Origin: an uncultured Bacilli bacterium
Lineage (GTDB): Bacteria > Bacillota_I > Bacilli_A > RF39 > UBA660
Reading direction: 5' to 3'
Length of the DNA stretch: 64,000 bases
NCBI GenBank assembly: GCA_934101115.1
Contig: CAKOPW010000001.1
Span: 73,295 to 137,294, forward strand
The first letter of the stretch is position 1; each line of letters starts with the position of its first letter. Position numbers and translations under genes: made by a program. The notes under the pieces are model-generated. The model saw nothing but the letters and a program-made list of their open reading frames with translations. It did no database searches and was not told the origin of the DNA. Positions 1 through 10,895 of the stretch are shown here, one piece after another.

Positions 1-545
1 CCGCTTCGATATAGATATTTTTTGCATTCTAGAAAGGATTTTTGTAACCTATCTAAATCAATATAATATAACTCTTTGTTTTCTTTAGATTCATATAAAT
101 CTTTTGAAATATATAGAATATTGAATAATTCTTTAAATTCTTCTTCGTAGGAATTTACTACTGCAGATTCGTTACATTTTATAGCACTAAACTTGTGTAA
201 ATTTTCTCCGACTTTATATCCTAATTTTTCAATTTCATCAAGATTTAACTTCGTTGTTAAATCTAAGAGCTCATCTCCTTCAATAAATTCGTAGACAACA
301 AGGGTTTTAAAGATATCAGTCAAATACTCCGCTTCTAAAATTTTTGCTCTTGGAATATTTAATTTTTCATAGACCGATTCAACATCTCTGATTCTACTTA
401 AATCGTTTCCTTCGTATATTTTAACAAAGTACTTTCCGTTATCATCTTCACAAGCATACCTTAAAGCACTTGAATATCCACTAAAATCTTGTTTAATTGT
501 TTTACATTTCTTAAAAAAATCTATTTTTGAAGTAATATCTTCCAC
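1..545 (-). CDS. Partial CDS. The N-terminus is inside the window and the C-terminus lies left of position 1. Possibly an APH/choline-kinase-like phosphotransferase.
   Basis: Absent from the ORF track because there is no stop in the window. Hand translation from GTG 545-543 (AAGGAG 8 nt upstream) stays open to position 1: VEDITSKIDFFKKCKTIKQDFSGYSSALRYACEDDNGKYFVKIYEGNDL... The function is only a resemblance to a kinase N-lobe. Confidence 0.4.
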   Translation of the reverse strand, partial: MEDITSKIDFFKKCKTIKQDFSGYSSALRYACEDDNGKYFVKIYEGNDLSRIRDVESVYEKLNIPRAKILEAEYLTDIFKTLVVYEFIEGDELLDLTTKLNLDEIEKLGYKVGENLHKFSAIKCNESAVVNSYEEEFKELFNILYISKDLYESKENKELYYIDLDRLQKSFLECKKYLYRS

Positions 546-702
546 ATTTACAACTCCTTACTAATTATCGTTTATTATAAATATATAATATTTCATCAAT
601 TGAAGACAAATATCTTAATACTAATTTAGTATAACATAAATAATTTATGCTAGAAATAAAGTTTGTTAATTATTAACACATTGTTGATTTAGTTTATTAC
701 AT

Positions 703-727
703 AAAAAAATTAGACTTATTAGTCTAA
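703..727 (-). terminator. Rho-independent terminator after the PP2C gene
   Basis: On the minus strand: TTAGAC-taataa-GTCTAA followed by T7, directly after the stop codon at 728-730. Confidence 0.6.
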
Positions 728-1564
728 TTAATATTTATAAAGTACTAAAGTCTTTTCTTTGCCATATTTTGATGAATCTTCTTTTGATTTTTTCTCAATA
801 TAATTTTCAAACTTTTCTAAATTAAATTCAAGAATATTTTTGATAAATTCTTCTTCATGTAAAAATTCAGAAAAACCATCACTGTAAACAATTATTGAGT
901 CATTGTTTCTTAGTGGCACTTCGCCAGTTTTTATAAACTTTATAGCTGCTTTTTCTCCGGTTAATGCACCAAAAGATACACATTTACCATCAATAATATT
1001 GCTTGGATTATTTCTCCACTCACTTCTAACTATTCTACGGCATTCGGGTAAATACCATGGTGGAAGATTGGACTTGCTTTTGTAAGGGTCACTGTTGACT
1101 TTTTTATCATCAATTGTTTGAAATTTAATGTTCCCATTACCATCATATACTATTACACCACAATCACATATATATGCATATTTCAAAATGTTTTCTTGAA
1201 ATTCTATGCAAGCAGCAACGGACCCGTAGCAATCATTTTCAAGATAGTCACATTCTTTGATATACTTATCATTTAGTCTTTTTACTGCGTCATTACAAGA
1301 TATAAGTTTGTCTTTTAAAGAACCGCTTATAGATTGAAAATGTGCACATATTTCTTTTGCTGCAAGTTCAGCTCCACTCGGTCTAGGATACTTTTTTACA
1401 GCTTCTTGTTCACTAACTACAGAAAAATCAGGTAAACCAATTGGATCTCTTGTAATTCCATCTGCAACAATTGCACACAATTCGTCCGCATAAAATTGAT
1501 CTTCTACAGGAAAATTAAAACCGATTGTTTTGATGTTTTCAAAGGTATTTTTATATATTAACAT
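728..1564 (-). CDS. PP2C/SpoIIE-family protein phosphatase
   Basis: 278 aa with ADGITRD and VYSDGFSE acidic motifs typical of PP2C metal sites. AGGAGG lies upstream of the ATG. Confidence 0.6.
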   Translation of the reverse strand: MLIYKNTFENIKTIGFNFPVEDQFYADELCAIVADGITRDPIGLPDFSVVSEQEAVKKYPRPSGAELAAKEICAHFQSISGSLKDKLISCNDAVKRLNDKYIKECDYLENDCYGSVAACIEFQENILKYAYICDCGVIVYDGNGNIKFQTIDDKKVNSDPYKSKSNLPPWYLPECRRIVRSEWRNNPSNIIDGKCVSFGALTGEKAAIKFIKTGEVPLRNNDSIIVYSDGFSEFLHEEEFIKNILEFNLEKFENYIEKKSKEDSSKYGKEKTLVLYKY

Positions 1565-1572
1565 GGTTCCTC

Positions 1573-4500
1573 CTATTCGCTTCTTAGAGCTTCTACTGGA
1601 TCTTTTTTAGATGCTGATTTGGCTGGTATAAGTCCTCCGATTAAAGTCAATATAATCGATAAAGCAACTAATATAAGAGCATGATTTATATTTAATGTTG
1701 CTGAAAGTGGAATATTACCTGTGAAATGATGAATAACCGAGTTTATTATTGGAATAAATGCATAAGATATACCTATTCCAAAAAGCCCTGATAAAAGTCC
1801 AATAATAAATGTTTCGGCATTGAATATTGAAGATATATTTCCTTTAGACGCTCCGATTGCTCTTAATATACCAATTTCTTTTGTTCTTTCATAAACAGAA
1901 ATGTAAGTTATTACTCCTATCATAATACTTGATACAACAAGAGAAATAGAAACAAACGCTATTAATACATAACTTACTGCATTTACAATAGTTTTTACTG
2001 AAGACATAAGAATACCTGTTGTATCTGAATAATTTATTTTTTTATCTTCATCACTCTTTTTGTTATATTCATCTATAAATGATAAGAAATGTTCTTTGCC
2101 ATCAAAACTATTGAAGTAAAAAGATATATATGTTGGTTCTTCTTTATCTTGATAACCTAGCTTTATTAAATTTGTTTTTTGAGTAGTTTCGGTTTTACTC
2201 ATCATGGCACTTACAACACGAGTAAGCTCATCTTCACTAAAATTAAGTGTAAAAGCGGATGCAATTTTGCTTGCATCAATATTAAATGAAGACGCAAAAC
2301 TGTTAGCTAAATCATTTGTCAGATTTCCAACTTTAGTTAGTACTTCACTTTTAACTTTGGCTTCTGTCATTAGATTCGCAAATTTTTCTTCAGTTTCATT
2401 GATTAATGCGCTTTCAAGATAAGAAGATATAACCGTATTTTTTAAATCATTTATTATTAATACTTCTCCATCAAATGTTTTTCCTACTCCGCTTAAATAT
2501 ACTTTATATGCACTAGAATATGCATTCAATAAACCTTTTATTAAAGCACTATAAGAGCTTTTTAGAGTATCTACTGGTATTAAATATGCTTTTTCCATAT
2601 TCTTTAATTTAGATGTAACATCATCTTTGTTAAAGTAATTATTTACTAGTTCATCTATCTTATCCTCTTGGAAATCTCCACTTAAAACATCATTCATAAA
2701 TGTTTTTAAATTACTTTCAAATAAAGTTTTTGCTGGAGTCGTATCAACACTTATAGAGCTTTCTATTTCACTTATCGCTTTTTTAGTTTTATTTTCAATT
2801 GCTGATGAATCAATTTTACCACCAAAAGCATTTTTTAGTTTTTCTTCATCAACTTTAACTAAATCTTCAAATGAGAAAGCGTATTTATTGTTTTCTTTAT
2901 CAAAACGGTTTCCAGAAAAAACATCAATTTCTGAATTTTTTAATTGTTTTTTTACAATGTCAGTGTCTTTAGTTTGGTTGATAATGTAATCTATTAAAGC
3001 ATTAGTATAAACAACTCCTGGGTTAAGAGAAGTAGATGTTACTCCTTCTTTTGCACTTACAACACCAACTATTTTTAATTTTGTTGCTTTTTCATATACT
3101 TTTTTCATGAATGCTTCATCTTCAGACATATCTTCATACACATCATATTTTTTATTGTATTTATATGTATCAGTTGGAAGAACTAATCTTAAATCAACTC
3201 CCATCAAATCTTCATAAGAAAACTTTAATGGATCATGCTTAATATCAACTTCTTCGCCACTCATGATAGAATTAACCATCTTAGATAGTTCACTTGTATC
3301 TCTTAAACCTAAAGAATACACTAACAAATCAGATATGGTATTTTTCTCTGGTAAAACAATTACCATCTCATCATATGCTGTTGGCCAGTGTCCAGCAAGA
3401 ACATCATAATCTTTGGTTACCTCACTTATATCATCCACCATACTAGAATAAACACTTGCCATAGATGAATATGATGACATTAATGAGTTTCCTCCCATCA
3501 TTGATGTAAATAAATTACTAGGATTCACTTTAGAAAGTTTTTTAGTTGCATCAATTGTATAAATATTAGGATCGACACTGTAAGAATATTGAATATTGGC
3601 AACATCATCTTTTATTTCGTTCATGTTTTTTTCTAAATAAGCTTTAAAGCTTTTTAAATCGTTTGTGCTTACACTTGATAACATATTTGTTATATATTGT
3701 TCTTCAGTTACTTCGTCAGTTGACTCACTACTTTTTTCACCACTTCTCATCGACAAAAGAATACTTGTAATATCGGATGATTCTTGCATAATAGTAAGTG
3801 GATATGAATTTAAAGTGTCTTCTTGTATAGAATCAACATAATTTTGAAATCCGGTAGATACAGCCAATATTAAAGCAATACCGATTATACCAATTGAACC
3901 AGCAATGGATACAAGTACGGTTCTTCCTTTTTTAGTCATTAAGTTATTAAAGGAAAGTGTTAAAGCTGTAAAAAATGACATCTTAGTTTTCTTTAATACT
4001 CGGTTATCCTTTTCCTCTTTTTTATAATCATATGGATTTGTATCACTTAAAAGTTTACCATCTTTAATATTAATAATTCTGCTTGAATAGTTTTGGGCTA
4101 ATTCTGGGTTATGAGTAACCATAATAACAAGTTTATCTTTAGAGATGCTTTTTAATAATTCCATTATTTGAACAGAAGTATCAGAATCTAATGCTCCAGT
4201 TGGTTCATCAGCTAAAATAATATCTGGATCATTAACAAGTGCACGTGCTATAGCAACTCTTTGCATTTGACCGCCGGATAATTGATTAGGTTTTTTATTG
4301 ATATGTTTAGATAAACCAACAGCATCAAGTGCCTTAATAGCTTTTTCTTTTATAACCTTTTTAGATACACCGGATAGAGTAAGTGCAAGCTCAACGTTCT
4401 TTAAAACGGTTTGATGAGTAATCAAATTATAGCTTTGAAATACAAAACCAACTTTATGATTACGATATGTATCCCAGTCACGATCATTATACTTTTTAGT

Positions 4501-4704
4501 ACTCACACCATTTATAACTAAGTCTCCTGATGTGTACTTATCTAATCCTCCTATTATATTAAGAAGAGTCGTTTTTCCGCTTCCACTTGGACCTAAAATA
4601 GATACAAATTCTGATTTTCTAAAATTTATACTTACTTTATCCAAAGCTTTTTGTTCAAGACCATATGTCTTATAAATTTTTGTAATATTTTTTATTTCTA
4701 ACAT
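1573..4704 (-). CDS. Fused ABC transporter: MacB-like ATP-binding domain, large extracytoplasmic domain, and FtsX permease
   Basis: Walker A GPSGSGKTT, signature LSGGQMQRVAIARAL, Walker B ILADEPTGALD. One TM helix after about residue 260, and a C-terminal FtsX-type 3-TM bundle. Confidence 0.9.
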   Translation of the reverse strand: MLEIKNITKIYKTYGLEQKALDKVSINFRKSEFVSILGPSGSGKTTLLNIIGGLDKYTSGDLVINGVSTKKYNDRDWDTYRNHKVGFVFQSYNLITHQTVLKNVELALTLSGVSKKVIKEKAIKALDAVGLSKHINKKPNQLSGGQMQRVAIARALVNDPDIILADEPTGALDSDTSVQIMELLKSISKDKLVIMVTHNPELAQNYSSRIINIKDGKLLSDTNPYDYKKEEKDNRVLKKTKMSFFTALTLSFNNLMTKKGRTVLVSIAGSIGIIGIALILAVSTGFQNYVDSIQEDTLNSYPLTIMQESSDITSILLSMRSGEKSSESTDEVTEEQYITNMLSSVSTNDLKSFKAYLEKNMNEIKDDVANIQYSYSVDPNIYTIDATKKLSKVNPSNLFTSMMGGNSLMSSYSSMASVYSSMVDDISEVTKDYDVLAGHWPTAYDEMVIVLPEKNTISDLLVYSLGLRDTSELSKMVNSIMSGEEVDIKHDPLKFSYEDLMGVDLRLVLPTDTYKYNKKYDVYEDMSEDEAFMKKVYEKATKLKIVGVVSAKEGVTSTSLNPGVVYTNALIDYIINQTKDTDIVKKQLKNSEIDVFSGNRFDKENNKYAFSFEDLVKVDEEKLKNAFGGKIDSSAIENKTKKAISEIESSISVDTTPAKTLFESNLKTFMNDVLSGDFQEDKIDELVNNYFNKDDVTSKLKNMEKAYLIPVDTLKSSYSALIKGLLNAYSSAYKVYLSGVGKTFDGEVLIINDLKNTVISSYLESALINETEEKFANLMTEAKVKSEVLTKVGNLTNDLANSFASSFNIDASKIASAFTLNFSEDELTRVVSAMMSKTETTQKTNLIKLGYQDKEEPTYISFYFNSFDGKEHFLSFIDEYNKKSDEDKKINYSDTTGILMSSVKTIVNAVSYVLIAFVSISLVVSSIMIGVITYISVYERTKEIGILRAIGASKGNISSIFNAETFIIGLLSGLFGIGISYAFIPIINSVIHHFTGNIPLSATLNINHALILVALSIILTLIGGLIPAKSASKKDPVEALRSE

Positions 4705-4786
4705 AAATTCACCAAATTTCTAAATTAATATTATTATACACTTTTTTCGCACAATAAAGAATATGTTTTTTAAAATAAAAAAAGAC

Positions 4787-5224
4787 TTATGAAAGTCTTC
4801 CTTTAACAATTGCTGATACTTTACCCATATCGGCATTGCCATTCGTTTTTTCTTTTACTAAAGAAATTATTTTCCCCATTGATTTGATATCTGGATTTTC
4901 AAAAGTTTCTATAACTTCATCTATTATCTTTTCGACCTCTTCATCACTTAACATAGCTGGTAAATAAGATTCAAGTATTTCAACTTCATGTTTTAAATCT
5001 TGAACTGTATCTGTTTTACCAAATTTTTCATATTCTTGAATTGATGAATTTCTTTTCTTTACTTCTCTTCTAATAACATTTAAAGCTTCTTCATCAGTTA
5101 AATCATGACCAACATTTATTTGTTCCATTTGAAGAGCACTTTTAAGCATTCTAAGAACTCCTAATTTAAATTTATCTTGTTCTTTCATACTTGTAAGTAA
5201 ATCACTTTTAACTTTATCAAACAT
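4787..5224 (-). CDS. yqeY: GatB/YqeY domain protein
   Basis: 145 aa with the typical YqeY sequence (LKSALQ...EEALNVIRREVKKR...YLP) and the conserved position next to rpsU. Confidence 0.85.
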   Translation of the reverse strand: MFDKVKSDLLTSMKEQDKFKLGVLRMLKSALQMEQINVGHDLTDEEALNVIRREVKKRNSSIQEYEKFGKTDTVQDLKHEVEILESYLPAMLSDEEVEKIIDEVIETFENPDIKSMGKIISLVKEKTNGNADMGKVSAIVKGRLS

Positions 5225-5255
5225 ATTTTATTCTCCTTTAAATTAAAAAGAGGAA

Positions 5256-5444
5256 TTATCCTCTTCTATTTCTTTTACGTGAATTTTTTATCATTTCTTT
5301 CTTGGCTTCACGTTTTCTAACTCCTGGTTTGTCATAATGTTTATGTTTTTTAAGTTCAGAAGGGACACCACTCTTTGCCACTTTAAGTTTGAATCTTCTT
5401 AATGCTGAATTAATATCACCATTTTTAACATCAACCTTTGTCAT
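5256..5444 (-). CDS. rpsU: 30S ribosomal protein S21
   Basis: MTKVDVKNGDINSALRRFK...KHYDKPGVRKREAKKE. GGAGG precedes the internal ATG at 5444, so the 8 upstream codons in the ORF track are unlikely to be translated. Confidence 0.93.
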   Translation of the reverse strand: MTKVDVKNGDINSALRRFKLKVAKSGVPSELKKHKHYDKPGVRKREAKKEMIKNSRKRNRRG

Positions 5445-5550
5445 TTGCTTCCCTCCTCTCAATTTCAATAGTATTATAATACACTTTTTAGATTAGTGCA
5501 AGAAATTTTCTAAAAAATATCGCGAATTTAAGCAAAAAAAGATGAGTTGA

Positions 5551-7134
5551 TTATTTATCATCCTCATCTTTGTTTAATTCATATTGTTTTGTATTCATAA
5601 GATCGTTTAAAGCTTCATCAATATCGATGGTTGCATCTTTATCTTTAGAGAAATTTTCACCAATTATTTCTTCTTCAAGACCAGTTTCATCAACTGTATC
5701 TTCTGATTCTTCAACACTTTCTTCTTCTACTTTTAATTCTTCGACATTTTCGTCTTTTACTTCTTCTTTATTTTTTGGTAATTTTGGTTTTTTCTTTCTG
5801 AATAATAAAATTCCAGAAATTACGATAATTGCAAGACCAATTACTACAAGAACTATTATTAGAACTATTTTATTCTTTTTAGATTTATCATTTTTATTAT
5901 CTTCTACTATTTCATCATGTATTCTTTTACCATTATCATCAAATTTATATGTTCCATCTTCGATTTTTTTAGCTTCATCAGGATATTGTAGTTCAAAATC
6001 AGTAAATGATAAAGTTACTTCAGCACCATCACCATTTGTGAATGTTACTTTGTTGTTTAAATATGCTGTTACATCAATATCATCATCGCTTAATCTAGTG
6101 ATAATTAGTTTATATGTTTTAGCATCGTCTCCTAAAACATTTGTTACTACAATATTTATAATATTTTCTCCAACTTTTAATTCAGTTACATCATCTACGA
6201 TTACTTTAGCATTTGAATCAACTGGAGTAAATTCAATTAAACCAGCAGTTGAAGATATTTTGTTGGGAACAGTTATTCTATATTCATAGTTATTTGCTAC
6301 AAAAGCGGGTTCCATTGTATAAATTCCAACACTTAACTTAGAAAGGTTTGGACTGTTATAAGCGCTTTCACCACGTATTGTTTTAAAAGTATAAACGTTT
6401 GTTGTTTTACCACTTTCACTTTTTACAGTAATTCTGATGTCGTTATCGCCTTGATTTAAAGTAATTGTAGAGCTTTTTCCTGTTGATGAACTTCTGCTTT
6501 TACCACCTTCATATGATATTTCACAAGCTCCGTCATTACATTCTGCTGAAAATTTAATAGAATTAATCGTATCAGCTATATCAAAGATTGTATATTCAAA
6601 AACATCTTTATTAAATGTCGGATTCATACTTCCTTGCGAAATAGTGACACTTTTTAATGTAGCATCATCACTTTTAGGCTTCTTTCCGTTTACAATGTAT
6701 TTTTTAGTATCAACACTGAATAGATTGCCATTAATTTTATAAGTTATTTTAGCTATTACATCGGTATATTTTTCCTCACTAGAATTAGTAAGTATTACAT
6801 TTCCTAAAGCAGTTGCTGCATTAGCTGGAAAAGATGACTCATTAGCTTCAGCTGGATAAGTTATAACTATTCCATTTGAGCTGTTATTAGATATAATGCC
6901 TGTTCCTGATACTTTAAAATCACAACTGACAGCTCCTCTATCTGTTTCACAACTAACTAAAGTGACATTGTTAACTGTTTCATCGTCTGAAAGTTTAACA
7001 CTTATTGGTATGCGAGTTTCACCTACGTCTGTTGTAGATGTACCAAACTCCAAAGATGAAGCATGAGCAATCATTGGAAGTGCACTTCCGATTATAAATC
7101 CTCCACAGATTACTCTTTTAAAAAATTTATTCAT
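5551..7134 (-). CDS. Surface protein with a signal peptide, cadherin-like beta-sandwich repeats, a C-terminal TM anchor and an acidic tail
   Basis: N-terminal signal ending ..AHASS. Two units of the type LKSVTISQGSMNPTFNKDVFEYTI / LSKLSVGIYTMEPAFVANNYEYRITV. TM segment IVLIIVLVVIGLAIIVISGILLF followed by a K/E/D-rich tail. Confidence 0.65.
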   Translation of the reverse strand: MNKFFKRVICGGFIIGSALPMIAHASSLEFGTSTTDVGETRIPISVKLSDDETVNNVTLVSCETDRGAVSCDFKVSGTGIISNNSSNGIVITYPAEANESSFPANAATALGNVILTNSSEEKYTDVIAKITYKINGNLFSVDTKKYIVNGKKPKSDDATLKSVTISQGSMNPTFNKDVFEYTIFDIADTINSIKFSAECNDGACEISYEGGKSRSSSTGKSSTITLNQGDNDIRITVKSESGKTTNVYTFKTIRGESAYNSPNLSKLSVGIYTMEPAFVANNYEYRITVPNKISSTAGLIEFTPVDSNAKVIVDDVTELKVGENIINIVVTNVLGDDAKTYKLIITRLSDDDIDVTAYLNNKVTFTNGDGAEVTLSFTDFELQYPDEAKKIEDGTYKFDDNGKRIHDEIVEDNKNDKSKKNKIVLIIVLVVIGLAIIVISGILLFRKKKPKLPKNKEEVKDENVEELKVEEESVEESEDTVDETGLEEEIIGENFSKDKDATIDIDEALNDLMNTKQYELNKDEDDK

Positions 7135-7204
7135 ATTTTTCCCTACTTTTCTATTCTTATTTATTGCATTTTGATTATAGCAAATATAAATCGTTTTATC
7201 AATA

Positions 7205-8287
7205 TTAAATAAGTTTAACTAAAATCTCATTCATAACATATATCATGTTTGGATTTACAAATAAATAGCCGTTTTTATATATAAGTTCACCCTTATTTAT
7301 AAGCTCTTGCACTGGATATGCATCTTGAATATTAACATTATATTTATTAAAAAAATCATCAACATTTATACCTTCTAGTTTTCTAAGACCTAACATAATT
7401 TCATTATCCATTTGATCTTTATGAGTAAGGAGATTTTCTTCTAGACGATAGTTTCCTTTAATATATTCGTGAATACTTCTAGTATTAGTATACCTAAATC
7501 CGTCTTTATAGCCGCTTGCTCCAAGACCAAAACCATAATATTCACCGTTATTCCAATAGTTTAAATTATGAACTGATTTATATCCAGGTTTAGCAAAATT
7601 ACTAACTTCATAATGATCATACCCTGATTTTTTAAGATATTTGCATATCGTGTTATACATTTTAAAATCCAAGTCTTCACTTATATATTCTTCACCATTT
7701 ATTTTCATTTTAGTGTGTTCTTCAATTATTAAAGAATAAGTTGAAATATGAGTTGGATTAAGCTTTAATAATTTGTTTATGTCTTTTTTTAATACACTTA
7801 GTTTTTCTCCAGGTATTGCATACATTAAATCGAGATTAATATTAGTAAGCCCTCTAAGTCTCATTTTTTTTAACTTTTCTTCAATATCACTATATTCACA
7901 TTCTCTTTCAAGTATGTTTAAATTACTTGGGTCAAAAGATTCAATACCAATACTTACACGATTGATCCCATATTCGATAATATCATCCAAAAATTCATCA
8001 TCAATATCCTTTGGATTTACTTCAATTGTGTATTCACAGTCAGGATCGCGATTGAATATTTCTAAAGTTCGAAGTAATCTGATTCTTTCTTTTCTAGATA
8101 AACATGATGGAGTTCCGCCTCCAATATATAAAGATTTGATTCTTTCTCCGTCATAGCTGTTTTCTATTTCTTTTCTTAATGCCTCCAAATAATCACTTAT
8201 AAAAGAATCGATTTTTAATACTTTTGGAAAATCACAATAAGAACATATATGATTACAAAAAGGAATATGTACATATACTGCTTCCAT
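7205..8287 (-). CDS. hemW: Radical SAM heme chaperone HemW (HemN-like)
   Basis: CNHICSYCDF CxxxCxxC motif near the N-terminus. 360 aa. Sits next to lepA, as in many Firmicutes. Confidence 0.88.
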   Translation of the reverse strand: MEAVYVHIPFCNHICSYCDFPKVLKIDSFISDYLEALRKEIENSYDGERIKSLYIGGGTPSCLSRKERIRLLRTLEIFNRDPDCEYTIEVNPKDIDDEFLDDIIEYGINRVSIGIESFDPSNLNILERECEYSDIEEKLKKMRLRGLTNINLDLMYAIPGEKLSVLKKDINKLLKLNPTHISTYSLIIEEHTKMKINGEEYISEDLDFKMYNTICKYLKKSGYDHYEVSNFAKPGYKSVHNLNYWNNGEYYGFGLGASGYKDGFRYTNTRSIHEYIKGNYRLEENLLTHKDQMDNEIMLGLRKLEGINVDDFFNKYNVNIQDAYPVQELINKGELIYKNGYLFVNPNMIYVMNEILVKLI

Positions 8288-8361
8288 ATCATCACCTACA
8301 TTAAAATTTTATACTAAAATACAACAAAAAACAAGAATATTGTTTTATTTATTCTTGTATA

Positions 8362-10158
8362 TTATTTTTCAGTTTTTAAAACACTTAGGAAGGCTTCTGG
8401 TGGTATTTCAACGTTTCCAACCATCTTCATTCTCTTCTTTCCTTCTTTTTGCTTTTCAAGAAGTTTTCTCTTACGAGAAATATCTCCGCCATAACATTTT
8501 GCTAAAACGTTTTTCTTCATTTGACTGATATTTTCACGAGCAATTACTTTTGAACCAACGCTTGCTTGAATTGGAACTTGAAACAATTGACGTGGTATTA
8601 TTGCTTTTAAGTTCTCAACGATTTTTCTACCTCTTGAATAAGCAAAGTCTTTATGAACAATTAATGATAAAGCATCGACTATTTCTCCATTGATTAAAAT
8701 ATCCATCTTTACTAGATCACTTGCTTTATATCCAATAATTTCATAATCAAAAGATGCATAACCTTTAGTAGTAGATTTTAATCTATCATAGAAATCATAT
8801 ACAATCTCTGATAAAGGTATCTCATAATGTATGTTTACACGAGTATCATTTATATAATCCATTGATTTATATATGCCTCTTTTATCTTGACAAAGTTCCA
8901 TAATAGCTCCAATGTATTCACTTGGAACAAAGATATTAGTTTCAATATATGGTTCTCTAATTTCAGCTATTTTAACTCGCTCTGGCATTTTTGAAGGAGA
9001 ATCAATTGAGACAACCTCACCATTAGTTAATTTTACTTCATAAATAACTGATGGAGATGTGGTAATGATATCTATTCCGAATTCTCTTTCAATACGTTCT
9101 TCAATTATTTCCATATGAAGAAGTCCTAAAAATCCACAACGAAAACCAAATCCTAAAGCTTCAGATGTTTCAGGTTCAAATTCTAAAGATGCATCATTTA
9201 GTTTTAGCTTTTCTAATGCTTCTTTTAATGGTTCGAACTTGTTTGGTTCGATTGGAAAAAGGCCCGAATAAACCATTGGTTTCATTGGTTGATATCCTGG
9301 AAGCGGAGTTTTAGCTTCATGAGCAAGTGTTGTTATAGTGTCTCCGACTTTAACAGTATCGATTGTTTTAATACTCGCATTGATCCAACCTACTTGACCA
9401 CTTACTAGTTCAGAAAGTTCTTTAGTTTTAGGAGTTGATACACCAAGTTCAACCACTTCATAAGTTGCTCCTGTTGACATCATTTTTATAGTATCACTTT
9501 TCTTTATTTTTCCATCAAATACACGAACAGATGCAATAACGCCTCGATATGGATCAAAGTAAGAATCAAAAATCATGGCTTTAGTTTCGTGATCAACTGG
9601 TTCTTTTGGAGCAGGAATACGTTTAACTATAGCATCAAGTAGTTCTTTAACTCCAACACCTGTCTTACCACTACATAAAAGAATTTCATCACGATTAAAA
9701 CCTAAAACATTAACGAGTTCGTTTGTAACCTTTTCGACATCAGCATTAGGTAAATCTATCTTATTTATAACAGGAATAATTGTTAAATCATTATTCATTG
9801 CAAGATAAAGATTAGCAAGAGTTTGAGCTTCAATTCCTTGAGCAGCATCAACTATCAAAATAGCTCCTTCACATGCAGCTAAACTACGTGAGACTTCATA
9901 TGAAAAATCGACATGTCCTGGAGTATCAATTAAGTGTAATATGTATTCTTCACCTTCATAATTATATTTAAGTTCAACCGCGTTAAGTTTGATTGTAATA
10001 CCTCTTTCACGCTCAAGATCCATGCTATCTAAAAGTTGATCTTTCATATCGTGGCTTGATACCGCACCTGTTAACTCCAAAATTCTATCAGCAAGTGTAC
10101 TTTTACCATGATCTATATGAGCAATAATACTAAAGTTTCTAATGTGATTTATATCCAT
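8362..10158 (-). CDS. lepA: Translation elongation factor 4
   Basis: [28 protein letters not shown] and NKIDL GTPase motifs, plus a LepA-type C-terminus. Confidence 0.97.
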   Translation of the reverse strand: MDINHIRNFSIIAHIDHGKSTLADRILELTGAVSSHDMKDQLLDSMDLERERGITIKLNAVELKYNYEGEEYILHLIDTPGHVDFSYEVSRSLAACEGAILIVDAAQGIEAQTLANLYLAMNNDLTIIPVINKIDLPNADVEKVTNELVNVLGFNRDEILLCSGKTGVGVKELLDAIVKRIPAPKEPVDHETKAMIFDSYFDPYRGVIASVRVFDGKIKKSDTIKMMSTGATYEVVELGVSTPKTKELSELVSGQVGWINASIKTIDTVKVGDTITTLAHEAKTPLPGYQPMKPMVYSGLFPIEPNKFEPLKEALEKLKLNDASLEFEPETSEALGFGFRCGFLGLLHMEIIEERIEREFGIDIITTSPSVIYEVKLTNGEVVSIDSPSKMPERVKIAEIREPYIETNIFVPSEYIGAIMELCQDKRGIYKSMDYINDTRVNIHYEIPLSEIVYDFYDRLKSTTKGYASFDYEIIGYKASDLVKMDILINGEIVDALSLIVHKDFAYSRGRKIVENLKAIIPRQLFQVPIQASVGSKVIARENISQMKKNVLAKCYGGDISRKRKLLEKQKEGKKRMKMVGNVEIPPEAFLSVLKTEK

Positions 10159-10225
10159 TTTTCTTCACCTATGAAAAATTATATCAAAAAAGATTAAAAT
10201 TCTCCATAAAAAAGAAAGTAGTTGT

Positions 10226-10876
10226 CTACTTTCTAAGCAATTTATTAAGAACTCTTTTTTCTTTTTTTAATCGAAGATGTAATAATATTTTATTTTTAGG
10301 AATTAATCCTTCAATTTTTTCAATATTATTTATTTCAAACTCTAAATATGGTTTATTATGTTTAAGTATTGGTCCGTATGTTAAATCTATTTTTGAATAT
10401 TTTTTATTGCCACGAACAAACACTATATTGATATAATTCTTTTTATTATCTTGAAAATACTCTTCACTTTTGATAAAAAATCCTAATTTAGTTACATATT
10501 TTCTTAACATTGTATGATCATTATTAGATTGAATTATTAACTTATTAATATTCTTTAAATGATCATTATTCAAAATACCCATGATAGTATTTGTTCCCAT
10601 ACCAGAGATTATTACAGTGTCTATGTTATCTTTTTCAGTTAAAACATTTAATCCATCACCTAAACGAGCCTCTATTTTGTCGCTTAAACCTTCATTTTCA
10701 ATATTTTTAATACCTGAATCTAAAGCCTGAGAGTTAACGTCAGATGCAATGATACTTTTAACTAAATCATTTTTTACTAGAAAAATGTCAAGTAATGCAT
10801 GATCACATCCAATGTCAATTATTTTATCATTATAATTTACAAATTTTGTAAGGGATGAAAGTCTTAAACTTAACAT
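10226..10876 (-). CDS. trmK: tRNA (adenine22-N1)-methyltransferase
   Basis: DIGCDHALL SAM motif. 216 aa. Conserved position downstream of sigA. Confidence 0.8.
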   Translation of the reverse strand: MLSLRLSSLTKFVNYNDKIIDIGCDHALLDIFLVKNDLVKSIIASDVNSQALDSGIKNIENEGLSDKIEARLGDGLNVLTEKDNIDTVIISGMGTNTIMGILNNDHLKNINKLIIQSNNDHTMLRKYVTKLGFFIKSEEYFQDNKKNYINIVFVRGNKKYSKIDLTYGPILKHNKPYLEFEINNIEKIEGLIPKNKILLHLRLKKEKRVLNKLLRK

Positions 10877-10895
10877 AAATACACCTCCTAAATAT

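Noticed and set aside
5570-6289. Long plus-strand shadow ORFs inside minus-strand genes (5570-6289, 7773-8156, 2204-2422, 12642-12929, 13047-13361, 22833-23177, 25599-25934, 33657-34034, 53729-54157 and similar)
   Set aside because: Their products are low-complexity and rich in S, F, L and I. They lie antisense to well-supported genes, lack RBSs, and are expected by chance in AT-rich DNA with few stops on the opposite strand.
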